This document shows positions 39,684 through 53,234 of a stretch of DNA of 64,000 nucleotides, piece after piece. Numbering within the stretch: the first letter of the stretch is position 1; each line of letters starts with the position of its first letter. Both the position numbers and the translations under genes were made by a program. The notes below the pieces were generated by a model that did not search any database, was not told the origin of the DNA, and saw only the letters and a program-made list of their open reading frames with translations. Source of the DNA: Zygnema circumcarinatum SAG 698-1b. Taxonomy: Eukaryota; Plantae; Zygnematophyceae. The stretch covers positions 2,400,501-2,464,500 of the forward strand of contig CM074818.1 in the NCBI GenBank assembly GCA_037447605.1, written 5' to 3'.

Positions 39684-42600
39684 ATGCTTCTGCAATCGCT
39701 TCCGCCCATGGTCAGGGTGCCGTGCGCTGTCGAAATGGAGGAGGACAGACGCTCCCCGCACTTTGTCAGAATAGCAGCTGTTGGTAAGGGGCTCCCCTTT
39801 CGTTCGTTACATATGCTGCTATTGAGACAAGGGATGATTCCGCGAAGGGATGCACTTTGTCAGGATGAGGGCGTACGCTTAACTGCCTTGAAAGTCACAA
39901 GCACCCTGGAGTCAATTGTTGCTTGCTAAGATGCTCCGAGCCGTTAGCGCCTCAGCTCCTGTTAGATACGTGCCGGAGGTGAGATTGACTGCTACCTTTA
40001 ACGTAAAGGACTCACCATGTGGGAGCTGCCGTATGTTGCTGGAGGGATGCAGTACCCATTTTATGGCTGGGAGAAGTGGTGATTGCCTCCATCAGCCGCA
40101 AGGTGCGAACTCGAAGGACTTGAGAGGTAGTTTCTGCGTATTTGTGACAACATCACAACCAACGCAGTTAATATAGACTTACACGCCTCTCCGAAGTGGC
40201 TGTGCCCGTTGCCCTTATCTTGCGCCCTTCTTCACCCTCGTCAGAGCTTTGAGAACTTATAATGTTGTAAAGACTCGTCGTCAATCAGTTTCAGCTTCTC
40301 TTTCAGTCTTCTCGCTGCTTCGAAGCCGGGCATTGACTTTTAAATTGAAAATTATTTCTGTTTTTTTAAGTAGAGCTACACATGCCTGGCACGAGAACCA
40401 TTTTTCTGACTCTGTCTCGGGTCAATCATTCGTGGATGGACTATGGATGGGAAGAGCAGGTGAGGTATATTTGCAGCGCCCTGCAGGTGGCCTTACGACA
40501 ATGGAGTGTAAATTTCATGTGTAGACGGTGAGGCGAACGACTTCACTGTACAATCAGTTTCAGGCTTGACTTGCATCTTTGTTGCTGATTAGAATGTGCT
40601 TTTTTTCATTGTTGTCAATGACTTAGCATACAAGCTTTTGTCACAATGATGTCTTTCTAAATTAAAGCTGAAATGAGGTGGATGGAGTCTTCCTTTGAAA
40701 TGTTTCTGTTCAGGTATTGTGCCTGCCTCTGTGCATTAAGCTGTCACTCAAGTGAGGATTAGCCTACTTGACAACTTCTGTTGCAGTAGCTGACTAATTT
40801 TGTTTGCTGGATGTGCCGGGGGTGGTGGGTCGGAACCCTTTCCACATGCCTTTGTAGCAGATTATTGTCCATAATGGTAAGTTGAGGAATTCATCTCATA
40901 CTGGATTGTGCCTTGTATGATTTGTGATGTACTCGTTCTGTAAAGGACTTTACCTGCACTTTCTTACGTGCATGCAAGTGAAAGTGCAATTCAGTGCAAG
41001 TAGCATTGAAGCAGGTTGAATAAAGGCTGCTGAAGTTTTCCCATCCAAAAAAACAATAGGGATGGTTGGTCATGCGTTCATCTTTGGCTATTTCCTGGAA
41101 CGTTGCACACACGGTTGATTCGTTAATCTTGGGAAACCACTTTTGTTTTTATGTTTGTCGTGTAGCAGGTGGTGATGAATCCCCGACTAAGCGCAGACCA
41201 GCAGCAGCTACTGCTGGTGAGTGTGAACTGCCGTTGCCGGAGGTTATCAGCCAACTTTTTGGAATTCGCCAGCTGAGCAGAAGGCTCGTCTTTTAAGATA
41301 ATTTATGGCACAGGGTTGCTTGGAGCTCGTCTTTTACTTTCGGTGCTATAGTTCGTATGGATCAAGGGGGGGATGGTCAGCAGTCGTTGATTTACGATTG
41401 CATGCTTTCCTTTTCACAGTGGCAAGCACTGATTGGGCACAGGGCATAATGGCGCGAGCCATTGAGCATCTGCTTTGGCACCATTCCTTTGACCCACGAG
41501 TGATGAGGTAACACCTGTTTTGTGCCTTAATTTGGAGAAGAAAGCCAAATTTATATAAAACATTAGTCTTGCTGTTGTTGTTAGCTTGTGAGTTGGTGTC
41601 CTACTTCCTTTTCCTCCAGGTCGTCCTGACAGCTGCATGTGCTGAAATGTCAGAAGACGTTTTTTTGTGGCTGTTTGGGGAATGCAGAGGAATAGTGGCC
41701 CTCGCTTGCCCAAACCATAACACAGCATCATTCCTTAGTTACCTTGTGAGTGCAGTCCTTCCTCTCGAGTGAGCTATGGGGAAAGACCTCACAACTTATT
41801 GCTCTTCTGTCAGATTCTACGTGCCTGCGAGTTTCGTTGGATTCCAATCTGATGACGCATTGAATGGATTTCTTCTTCGTTGTCCAGGTTGAACTGATCG
41901 CTAACATTACAGAGGACATTCCACACAATTATGGAGGGACATTCTGCGACGATCCAATGGCACGCGATGGTTGTTCAAATATGGACATGGGTGTTGATCT
42001 CGAGGCTGGAGAGTGTGGACCCCTCACGGCTTGTGAGGAGGATGGACACGAGGTAGTGGAATTGGTGATTGAGGGGGAGGATGTGGAGAAACAGGAGAGA
42101 AGGAAGCCGTTTTGTTCAAGCAGGCTTTTGAGCTCAACTGAACAAGATGGCACTGTGCGCATGGAGGATGAAAGCGGTACATCCGCGGGGCAGTCTTCAA
42201 CGCAGGGGAGACATGATCAGGTTAGCCTTGTGGTTTTGTTTGTTTCGCTCAATATTTGATCTGGAAAATGGGTTCAGGAAGGGCAGGTATCAGTTTGGCA
42301 AACTACAAGTTCGAGAATCTTCCTTGCCTGTCTCAGTCCTGCTGATTCATCCTGAGAGCGAGTGTAGCATTTTTTCCCCTTAAGTATTTGCGGAACAAGC
42401 AAGCAAATACGAGGAGAAAAAGGCTCACCTGGAGGGTTCCGATGTCACATCTCAATCGTTGGTGTACATCTGCTCTCCAACTAAAGCAGACAGACCTTGA
42501 CGCATGTTTATGAAGCAATTTTTGTGATGAAACTGAAGCTGTTACTTGGTAACTGGGTGTCCATAGCTTTGTATGATTCGAGCTCAAGAGGATACAGCGG

Positions 42601-44068
42601 TGACGCGGACACTTATCAGCCATTTTTGTATGGATACAATATACGTGGCGGCAATGCCTCCCATGGTGCGTGTCCTTTTGTGACCTCCACTCTCCTGCAT
42701 GACAAACGGGCTTTGCTTGGCCTTGACTGCATTGTTTCATGTGTTGTGGCAAGATTGTGTTTCGCAAATGAAACTCGTGTGCTCAGGCGAGTGTTCTGTA
42801 GGAGTTGAGCCGTAGGAAAGGAAAGATAGTAATGAACGAAATGAGTAAGTCGAATTGTTAGCCATGGAATGTCAAACAGCAATATGATAGGAGACGACGA
42901 GTTCAATCAGAGCATAAATTGATAGGTGCACACTTTTGTGTGATATGTCGAATGGAAAGGAAGGCAGGGACCAGGTTAGTTTGTTTTTTACTTTCTGGTG
43001 AAGCATCTGATGTGCAACTGCATTGCTATTGCAGGTAAGAAAATCTGTTCTGGAATCACTTTGGAGTGGAGAGGATATCAGGCAACTTTTATGCAGATAC
43101 GCAACCAGGAACTTGGGACTTCCACGGGGACCCCAAAGGCCGACATCCCCCCCTATCTGCAGCATCACGTTAGAGCCGCTGCTACTGCCGGTGGGTGCTC
43201 AGCAAACAAATTCACGTATTTGAGAGGCTTCTTGAAAAGTTTGTCGATTGCGTTGGTGTTGCTGAGAACGGGCAGCATGTTCGGGGATGTTTCACTTTTA
43301 TGGATAAGCGGTGGAATTGGCATAGTGTTACTTCTAATGGTGGTTTGATAAGGAAGTGTTCTTAACTAAGGAAAGAAGCTGAGTAAACCTGCTTCTACGG
43401 GCTGGTTGCTGCATTGTCTTCGTTGTAAGGCCGATAATGTCCATAGTGTGAGATGAAGGACTTTCAAAACTGAGAAGCTGAGAACTGCGCTTGCACTTTC
43501 GGTTGCCGTGATGGTGCAGGATTGTACCATGCCCGAGGACGTGGTTGCTGTTATCCAGAGACAGCATGGTCAGAAGATCCATGCGGTAAGCGCATTTTGG
43601 ATGCAGTCTTTGTCCTTTTTGGAGAGCAGAACGGGTTCACCCATATGTACAATCTGCAAATCAAGTGACTGTGGAATGCATTCTTAATCCTGACGTATGC
43701 CGTGAGCACTTTGAAGTGACTTTTGCTGAGTCACCTTGATGATCTTAAGAGTATCCTCATTAAGCTTTGAAGTAGTTAAGAAAGTTGTTGATATGTCCCA
43801 ACTCTCTCTCTCCCCCCCTCCCCCCCTCCTCAGTCTTGTTCTGTTTCCTTCCAACTTTGCCACCTTTTCGTCCCTTCCCTCCCGCTCCCTCTTCCTCATG
43901 CTGAGAGGCTTTCGACTGACACACCTGTCCTCTCTTTTCTTCCCCGTGTGGGTGCAGTTCCTGTACCGGGGGAGGGCCCTCTACAACTGGCTGCAGGCCA
44001 CTCCTACGCCCACCAACCCGCGCACGCGCGCATGGGTCCTCCCCACCGACGTCTACCGCCTCTCCTAG
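39684..44068 (+). CDS. Unknown multi-exon protein with a U-box/RING-like C-terminus; start uncertain
   Basis: Many short AG/GT-flanked exons, e.g. VVMNPRLSADQQQLLL and VELIANITEDIPHNYGG. The end reads PICSITLEPLLLP / DCTMPEDVVAVIQRQHGQKIHA / FLYRGRALYNWLQATPTPTNPRTR...*, which resembles the U-box pattern CPIT..lm.DPV...g.TY.R.AI..WL....T.P.TR. Confidence 0.5.
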
Positions 44069-45199
44069 TGTCCAATTCCAGCGCTTTTGCTGGCGCAGAT
44101 GGATGACGCGTGCTGCGTTCCCACGGAGGGGAGAGGGAGGGGGAGCTTCAGCGCATACACTAAGCAAGCAGCTTAGTCAGGGGTTGGAGGAAGTTTTGAG
44201 CTTTGTAATGGCTGGAAAATCCTTCCAAGGGGTTGTGAGCCGATTTGCTCAGCACGGTCACATGGCAATTTATCTTTCATTTTTTCTTTGCGCTCTTAAT
44301 TTTTGGTAGCCGTGTTGCTTCATCAAGTGTCTCCTTGCTTTAAGTGGCAGTGGGAATAGGAACCGGGGTCAGGGCAGGAAGCAGCGGGTTCTATCATTTG
44401 CCTGCTTTCGCAAGGTTGCCTGCTCTGTCCCGCAACTCCGGATTAGTTGTAACGATGTAAGAAATCTACGTCAATTTGGCGAATCTCCACTAGATGTTTA
44501 CTGTCGGAGAATGAGCCCTGTAGAGTCTTAAGGATGGTGGCGTCCTCTTCGCGCCCGTTATCCAAACGTGACACAGATCGCCGCCGCTGGTGCGAAGTAA
44601 AGCATTTCGCCATCCCTTCGCCCATCGTGCGACTTGTACCCGTTAAACTGAAATTCTTAAAAAGCTTTAGAAGTTGGCAATGTTTATGTCATGAAATATC
44701 TCGCACTGAGAGGCTTGACTGCACAGCTAAAGCTTGCGCACTGAAGTCTTTACCTCCGGACGAACAGCGCATGCACACCCTGGTGAAGTGCGCCCGGACA
44801 AGTCAAAGCCCACATCCCTTGCCCGCCCTACGGCTACTTGTTGCCTCTGCATGCGTGAGGGTGATGTCAGGGCGGTGGCTGGACACGCGGAGTGTGAGGA
44901 GACTGCGGTGTGCTGAATGCGATTCTAAGAGCGGCATCTGCTGTCTGTGCCGCTGCGCACATTGCTCTGCTCTGTTACAAAGCCCGGCAACACCAATTTA
45001 CCGCTATTAGTCTTGAACAAAAAACGTAGAATCAAGTTTGCTAAAAGATAGGCAACACACACAAACACTGAAAACCATAAAATCCCGCACATAATCACTT
45101 TATTTCGACAAAATCGCTTTGAAATTTCAGCAACAAATTCAGAACGTGCTGTTTCGAAAGGCAGGCTAAGAAAGGAGGTTAGATATGGCTTCAGCAGTT

Positions 45200-48100
45200 T
45201 CAATAGCGCTTAAACGCGCTCCTCTCCACCCCTCCCTTCTGGTGAAAATGCGTCCGCCTACGAACGCTCTCTTCAATGGAAGCGCTTCCTCCCTTGCCAG
45301 CGCCGTAGACAGCCTGGTTCGTTTCCTGCAGCACACGAACAGATGCAGTTTCGTTCAACACGGTGCACAAATCTACCACCTGCAACATCAACTTCCGGCT
45401 CATCAACCAGCCCGAACCATCTACCCATGCGTATACCCCCCAAACCTCTTTTCGCTTCAACCAAAAAAGACCGGCTCAATATCGACTGCAGCTGTCCAGC
45501 AGAAACACAGAAGTCATCGCGTTCTTCCATCAGCCATGACTGAATCCCTCCCATTAGAGTTCTAGACCCCACTCATCGATTTTCAAAAACATGTACAAAA
45601 TTATGCAATGCCTTCTAGAAACGCTTTTTAGCGCACGAGTCTTCACGGGTGCATCCCTCACCTCTAGAAAGTTCTTCTCCCCTGTCGTCGCCGCACGCCC
45701 TGCTTCCGCCGCATCCTTATCAGCCGCCCTCTTCAGACGTTGCCAGCGCTGGTCCTCGTGGTTCTCCGCGTCTGCCTGCATCTCCGCCACCCGGCGAGCA
45801 CGCTCCTCCTCTGACAGCTGCCCAAGTCCACGCTTTGGCCGGGGGGGGGGGCGAGGGGGCAGCCCGGAAGAGGGGGGAGCTGCTTCGACTGTAGAGGCAG
45901 AGACGGAGGCAGACACCCTGTCGGCAGACTTTGAGAGAGAGCCTCCTCTTGGAACATACAGGCCATACCTCACTCTCTCCTCGCTCTCTCCGTCTGCGTC
46001 GTCTGCCTGCCTCCTGTTGCATGCTTCACTATCGCGTCCCCTTCCGTCAGTTTCGTCTTCAGCCACTGGTAAATCCTCCTGCTCGCGTGATCTCTTCTCT
46101 CCTACGTCTGTTTTGTTGCCACGATCTCCTCCATTCTCATTGAAGCTGTCACGTCTTCGCACAGGAAAAGCTGGTTCATCATCCGAGTCGGAATCGTGTC
46201 TTCGCCGCCTTCCATCGACTTCCTTTTCCACTGGCCTATCCGATTGTCGAGATGCAGTTCCTCGTTCGCCTCCTTTCCTGTCAACTGACTTACCTTCTCT
46301 TCGGACATCATGATGTCGCCTCTCATCGTACTTATCAGTTTCGGAATCGAAATTGCCCTGTCTTCGTCTTTTCTCTGCCCATTGGTCGTACTTTTGATCT
46401 TCCTCATACCTCCAACCAGCCTTTTGCATTCTGGGATCAGAATCTCTGTGGGCCATATGTATATCTTGCTCCTTTCTAACGTCATATTGTCGTCTACCAT
46501 ACTTTGATTCCCGATCCCGGCCACTCTGTTGCGAATGACTGGCCCGCCTAACGTTCTCTGCCTCTGAATCGGAGCTTTCATGGCCCTTGGTTCTCTTTAC
46601 CCCGTGTGGGGCATCGCTCATCTCAGAGTCCGAACTCGAGCGACTCTGACGACGCCTTTCTCTTACTTTTCCTCTCCGCGACGCACCATCTTCTTTCGGA
46701 TCATCCCCATGCACTGCTTCCTCTCCCACTCGTGAATGGGTCCTCTTTCTCTCTCTGATATCTTCTCGTCGATCACTATATTGGGAAGCCCCATTTTGCA
46801 ACCGACCTGCACCTCTGCCACCATGCCCATCACCACCTTGACTGTGGCCCTGCTTACTTTCTTCATTCTCTATAGAATGGCGATCTCTCCCCAGTCGACC
46901 ATCACGATTTCTTTCGATTTCTCCTTTCCTCCGGTCATTCTCCCTGCCATAATCACTTTTCGCATGGTCTTCTCGTCGCCTCACACGATCAGAATCGGAG
47001 GAATCACTGTCGGTGTCTTCTTTACCCTTCTTTTGCCTCTCGGCCTCTCGTCGCTTCATCTTCTCTTCCTTTCGCGCCCTCTTCTTTTCCTCCTTCAGCC
47101 TTCGTTTCTCTTCCTTGCGTTTAGTGTGATCCTCAGCCTGCATGAACATTTGTCATTAACGGACTGCTTCTCTGGCGAACACTCAATACCATGACTTCGT
47201 ATCGTATGGACGTCCTTCGCACCAACAGTTGGGAACATGCTAACTTTAACACAAGAAATACATCTTAAACACAGGCCAGCGAATCCGTAGACATTTGGAC
47301 AGAAAGAGTGAAGATGATACTAGTTACACAAACATCATCGAGCCAATAACTCCGTTTCTTCGGCAACAAGTTTCCATTGACTCCGTTAGCTTCACATGGC
47401 AATGTGAATGAAAAAAAGGTACCTCTTTTTTAATCATCTGCATCTTCACTGGATTGCTGCGGATGCGCGAGCGAGCCTCCTGCTCTTGCTGGCGAATTAG
47501 AAACAAGGGATCTGTGTGCAGCTTCCGCCACATCTCATTGGCCGAGGCGGGCTTCTCCTCCTCGTTGCCGCCAAATAGGGCACCCGGCGTGCTTGACGCC
47601 TGGAGAACAGAAACGCAGAGCAGAAAAAGGACGGGAGGTGCTGGCTAAGAGAAGGCAGCTGGCAGAAGTAAAGGGTTAAAAAAGAGCGCTCTATAGCGAA
47701 AGCCAAAGAAAGAAACGGTCGAAAGCTAATCTAAGTTCCGTGCAAAAACCTTGAATTTCTGCGAACCACTGCCCTCCTCGTTCCAATGCTTCCACAACTT
47801 ACTTTCCTCTGCTAATTTGCTTTACCATGAGAGTCAGACCCACAGAAAACGCTTTAGCTCGGCCGTTGCATGGTCCCTTTGTGAAAACAACTTTGAGCTT
47901 GAGAAAAAAAAAACCACATCCCACCTTAGAAAAATCTGATTCCGGCTTCTCTTCTTCCAAAGGCTTCCCCAAAAGATATTCATCCGCAGTAGCTTTTCCT
48001 GTGGCCAGACCAGAATCGTACAGAAACTCAAGGCGCTCTTGCCGCCTGCATGCCCAGCCGCCACCCACTTGCAAAACTCAGTCAAAACGCTCAATCCCTC

Positions 48101-48528
48101 CTACAGTGCAAAAGTATTCCCATCAAGTATGGAGCCTCACTTCTGCGAAGCACCATTAAAGTGTGAACGAATGAGAACTATGATAACTTCTCGCTTCGAA
48201 ACCCTATATCCAAAAGACTAAACAATGAATTCTGCATGAGACAAGCAGAGCTGTCTTGAATGCCTTCAATTCACAGAGAACCTGATTCCGTATTCAATTT
48301 GAGCACTTTATCTTCTCCTGCTTAAGACAAGCGGCCTTACGGAGCGATGCCGGCAGCCTCCTGGAGCTGGCGCAGTTCCTGCGCTTGGCGCTCCGTCTGG
48401 TAGTGCTTCCGGATCTCCTCGAGCTTCTTCTTCTCCTCCTCGTGCTTCTGCTCCGCCTTCCACACATTCTCGATGTTGCGCAGGCTGCCCGTGTGCCATC
48501 CCTTCTTGTTCAGGAACTTGAGAGCCAT
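45200..48528 (-). CDS. CWC25: Pre-mRNA splicing factor CWC25
   Basis: MALKFLNKKGWHTGSLRNIENVWKAEQKHEEEKKKLEE, RQERLEFLYDSGL, WRKLHTDPLFLIRQQEQ...NPVKMQMIKK, a long R/D/S-rich exon, and a C-terminal VYGAGKGGSASIEESVRRRTHF. Confidence 0.93.
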
Positions 48529-48845
48529 GGCGACGCCGCGGAGCAGCAGCACCCACAGCTGCCTCCTCCCTCCTTCAAAACTAGGGCCCCGCGCCAGCCT
48601 GCCTCGCGTGCCGATTTCCGCACGTGCGAACCGTGCTATGCCATGTCATTCCATGCCATGACGCAAGCCGTGACGTCAGTGCGAGGGAGCCTTCCCGCGG
48701 GAGGGAGCCCTGTGCGGGCGCCACGTGGCAGGATGCAGGCAGCCGTCGCTCCGGCGCCCGCCATGGCTCTCCTCCGCCTCCCGCTGCCCGCGCTGCGCTC
48801 CATGGCCGCCGCCGGCCTGCGCCTGCCCGCCTCCTCCGCGCGGTG

Positions 48846-48867
48846 AAACCCTAACCCTAACCCTAAC
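48846..48867 (+). promoter_or_regulatory. Telo-box / (CCCTAA)3 in the CWC25-ThrRS bidirectional promoter
   Basis: AAACCCTAACCCTAACCCTAAC, with GGGCCC nearby, a TGACGTCA at 48671-48678 and GCCACGTGGC at 48720-48729. Confidence 0.55.
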
Positions 48868-49008
48868 TTCGGGCCCTGCCTCCCGCTCTATTTGCTCGCA
48901 GCACCTCTTCCTTCCTCCTTCTCGTCCATCCATGAGCGCACGCATGCTCTATATCTCGCATTCTCTCTACATCTCGCACGCGTGGACGCATGATGACGAT
49001 GTGCCGCC

Positions 49009-52000
49009 ATGGGAGGCAGGGTGCGGTTCGGGCTTCTCTCCTCGGAGCTGCACCGGCTTGCGCGGAGGCATTCGAGCTTTTCTGGAGCGTCGCTGACCCC
49101 TCTCAGCGCTCCCCCGGTGGTGGTGACCCTCCCGCGGCGGCGGGAGGTTTTGGCCCCGAGAGCGTCTGTGGCGGCGGGCGCAGAGACGGAGGCAACGGCA
49201 GCGGCGGAGGAGGAGGGCGGGGGCAGTGCCGCGGGGAAGGTTGCGGCCGTCAGAGTGGAGCTTCCCACCAACGAGTCGTCGGAGCACCTCCTCAGAATTC
49301 GGCATACGGTAAGACCTTGAAAGAATTAGGCACATTATAACGTGGTAGACGAGCTCCCGAAGGTATCAAATTTATCATGCAACGAAGAACGTAGGTCAGG
49401 GAAAATCTAGAAGCATGCGAAAATGACGATCTGGAGGGGGCAGGAACATTAGAGTGGCTGTTTCTGTTCTCAGATATGGCTGCGGTGGCTCCAGCAGGCG
49501 CAGGCATTTTAATTGTGCCAGAATGTCGTTGAGCTTTTGCAGGCAAGCGTAAGTTGGAAGGTTAAAGTCATGGGTTTTGGGTTTCCAATTTGACAGCAGA
49601 CTGGCGGTGATGTATCAAGAAAAGTAGTTCAAAGTTTTTAAACTCCTTCCACTTGTGCTCGTTTAGGCACAGAGATCTTCATGCTTCGATGACTACTTGT
49701 GTAGGAGACTGGTGCGCTAACTACCTGAAAAAAAAGCCCCAATGTCCAATATGAACCAATATGGCTAGTCACATGCTCGCTTCTATTGAGGATAGAGGAG
49801 CATGAAGTCGTGCTCACACTACTGCTCTCCTCCAGAGCTGAGAAGTCCCAAGTACTTGGCAATGGCAGCTTCGTCCGAAAGCAAGACCTTCATGACTTTT
49901 CGCCTTCAAATGTGCAAAACATCCGTAGATGTATACAGCATCTATAAGGGCATGGTGGATGTACTATGTATCGGTGCTTTCGGCTGTTGATGATAGTGAC
50001 GAGTTGATTTCGCTTCAAGTTAACTTAACCTCCACACAAGCCTTTCTCTCAAGGAACAAGGGTTCGTGACTCCTAGAAAATAAAAAATAAAAAACCAACT
50101 GCTTGGAGCTGTCTGAAGTGTTGACCGACCTAATCAGATATTATTTTTCCATAGGCGGCCTCTTCATGCTGTGATGGGTGGTCGGAGCCGTGTGGTGGTG
50201 CAGACGGCGCATGTGATGGCCATGGCGGTGCAGAAGCTTTACCCCAACGCGCAGGTCACCATCGGACCATGGATTGCCAAGGGCTTCTATTACGACTTTG
50301 ACCTGACGGAGCCACTCAGTGACAAGGACCTTAAGAAGATCAAGAAGGAGATGGTGAGCACGACAAGCACACCTGGGGGGGGTCATTTTTCGAAGATAGG
50401 GCAGTGCCGGCCAGTGCCGGTTGCCCGAAGTGGTGAGAGGGCAAGTCACGGAGAGGAAACGTGCCCTCTCCCTCAGCGGAGCCCCTTTTGGTGACTCAAG
50501 AGAGAGAGAGAGAGCGGGAGGAGGGTTTTCAGGACCGCATCATTGGCCGAAACCTGCCCCTGCGGCGAGAGGAGGTGAGCCGCGAGGAGGCAGCGGAGAG
50601 AATTCGCAGCATCAACGAGCCGTACAAGCTTGAGATTCTGGACAGCATCAAGTCCGAACCCATTACAATATACCACATTGGTGAGCTTGCCATCCATCCC
50701 GACGTGCATTCATCAGTCATTTTCCGATTCATAAATCATCCTTGGAGTGGTTGACGTTTCATTTTTACAAAATCACCCATGGCATGCCCTGCTTTGAGTG
50801 CGTGTACTGCAGGAGAGGAATGGTGGGATCTGTGTGCGGGGCCTCATGTTGAACGAACGGGACAGCTGCCCAGAAAGGCCATCGAGTTGGAGTCTGTGGC
50901 CGGTGCATACTGGCGAGGGGATGAAAAGAATGCAATGCTGCAGAGAATTTACGGGACGGCTTGGGAATCAGAGGAGCAATTGAAGGCCTATCAAGAGCAG
51001 AAGGAAGAGGCAAAGAGGAGAGATCACAGGAAGTTGGGGCAGGAACTCAACCTCTTTTCCATCCAGGTGCGAACTCTCCTGCCATGACATGCCATGCGTG
51101 CATGCGGATAGGTGAGGGTGAGTGAACGGTGACGGTTAGGGGACAGTTTTTCTGATAGAATGCCGGGCGGCTGACAGCTGTGCAGGAGGAGGCAGGGGGA
51201 GGGTTGGTCTTTTGGCATCCGAAGGGGGCTATGGTGCGGCAGCTGATGGAGGACTACTGGAAGAAAAAGCACCTGCAGCGCGGCTACGAGCTTCTCTACA
51301 GTCCGCATGTTGCCAAACTGGATTTGTGGAAAACAAGCGGGCATTATGACTTCTACCGGGAAAACATGTTTGATCAGGTGCTGTGGTCGAACCTCTGGAA
51401 ATCTAAGCTCAATAAGTTGCGTCCTAAGGGGAGACTCTTGATGGGCTATGACGTGTCGTTCGTTGTCTGGCCCATAGTTTGGCCTGTGCTTGTAGCGGGT
51501 GAGTCTGCTACCTTCCCGTTTAAAGAGGGGAGCGGCTGCCCCCCTGGTTGCTGTGCAGATGGATGTGGAGGATGAAGTATACCAGCTAAAGCCCATGAAC
51601 TGCCCGTGCCATATTATGGTGTACAAGGATGCAATGCGATCATACCGCGATCTGCCTCTGCGGTGGGGCGAGCTGGGTACAGTCTACCGCTACGAGCGTT
51701 CCGGCACAATGCACGGCCTCTTCCGCGTGCGCGGCTTCACTCAGGTGGGATCTCAGATAGCAGTAGGATAACTGAATGGTGAAGGTTTTGTTGGAAGGTT
51801 GTGCTTCTGACCAGTTGGGACAAAGGATGGATTGCAGGACGATGCACATATCTTTTGTTTACCTGATCAAATGCGGTCAGAGATTCGCGGAGTTTTGGAT
51901 TTGACGGAGGAAATCCTGGGCGACTTTGGGTTTGAGAAGCTGGAAATAAACCTCTCAACCCGGCCAGAGAAGGCGGTAGGCAGTGATGAAATTTGGGAGC

Positions 52001-52849
52001 GGGCCACATTGGCTCTTAGGGAGGCTTTGCAGGACAAGGGATGGGAGTACAATGTGGACGAGGGGGGAGGGGCCTTCTACGGTCCTAAGATCGACATCAA
52101 GATTGAAGATGCTATTGGCCGCAAGTGGCAATGCTCCACCATCCAGGTGCTCCTCCTCGGCTGCTCCGCAACCCTAAAAACACTAAAAACCCTAAAAACC
52201 TCGTTGACTGCCGAAGGGCTAAAATCTTGGGTTTGCTCAAACGTGGCTTTTTCGCCCTTGAATCTGGATGTTGGTTGGTTTGCCAGGTGGACTTTAACCT
52301 GCCCCAGCGGTTCAACATGGTGTACGTGGAGAAAGATCAACTGAAAAAGCAGCCCATTATGATCCACCGCGCTATTTTTGGCTCATTGGAGAGGTTTTTT
52401 GGAATCTTGATTGAAAATTACGCTGGCGACTTTCCCCTCTGGTTGGCTCCCGTGCAGGCTCGTTTGCTGCCTGTCACCGACTCTGAGGTGATTGCCTCTT
52501 TTTTGCGACTGCTGATTTCCAGTTTTGCAGAATGATCGCTCTGGCAAGCATCATGGTCTGACTTTGTGAAGCGGGTGAGCGAGTGCAGGTGGAGTTCTGT
52601 AAGGAGGTGGTGGCGCGGCTGCGAGAGTGCGACATCCGTGCGGAGGTGCAGGGCGGCGAGCGCATCGCGAAGCTTATTCGCAGCGCGGAGGTGCAGAAGA
52701 TTCCGGTCATGGCCGTGGTGGGGGCAAGGGAGGCGCAGACGGGCATGCTCACTGTGCGCACGCGCAAGGAGGGGCAGCTCGGCACGCTCACTGTGGAGGA
52801 CGTCATCCAAAGAATATCTCACGCTGTTGCCACCAAGGGATTCATTTAG
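49009..52849 (+). CDS. thrS: Threonine-tRNA ligase, organellar (chloroplast/mitochondrial) type
   Basis: Transit-like N-terminus (gccgccATGG context), then LLRIRHT / [80 protein letters not shown] / [38 protein letters not shown] and the anticodon-binding domain. Confidence 0.97.
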
Positions 52850-53234
52850 TCGCATTGTTGGAGGGGTAGGGCTCTCATGTGTCTATCTTGTTTAGCTTTT
52901 GGGATCCTTCCTTGTTTTCACTGTAATATTGATCAGCCACCAAGAAGCACTGGAGGCACCGAGCCTTTTCAGCACTGTGTCTAATGATATGGGCGCGTAC
53001 GCTTTGAATGAGAAAGGTCACGGATGTGAGAGGAGAGACCCAAAATGCGCTAAGTAGACTAGCAGCGCTCCATTCAGGCTGACATTGAGGCTTCAAACGG
53101 GACTTACCCGCAAACTAGAACGAGCACACAGCGCGGTTCAGCCTAATGACAACGGTACACTCCTTGTATGCGTGCTATGCAAGATCATAAAACCGACCAA
53201 AAGGGTTCCCTATGGTTTTAGTCCCAAGCCTCTC

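Noticed and set aside
44500-45010. Possible coding fragments (GWWRPLRARYP..., ...TCCLCMREGD...)
   Set aside because: I could not build a phased splice path or assign a family; the region lies between two convergent 3' ends.
51627-51646. 5S rRNA-like 5' words (GGATGC...GCGATCATACC)
   Set aside because: The match lies inside a ThrRS exon (YKDAMRSYR) and does not continue.
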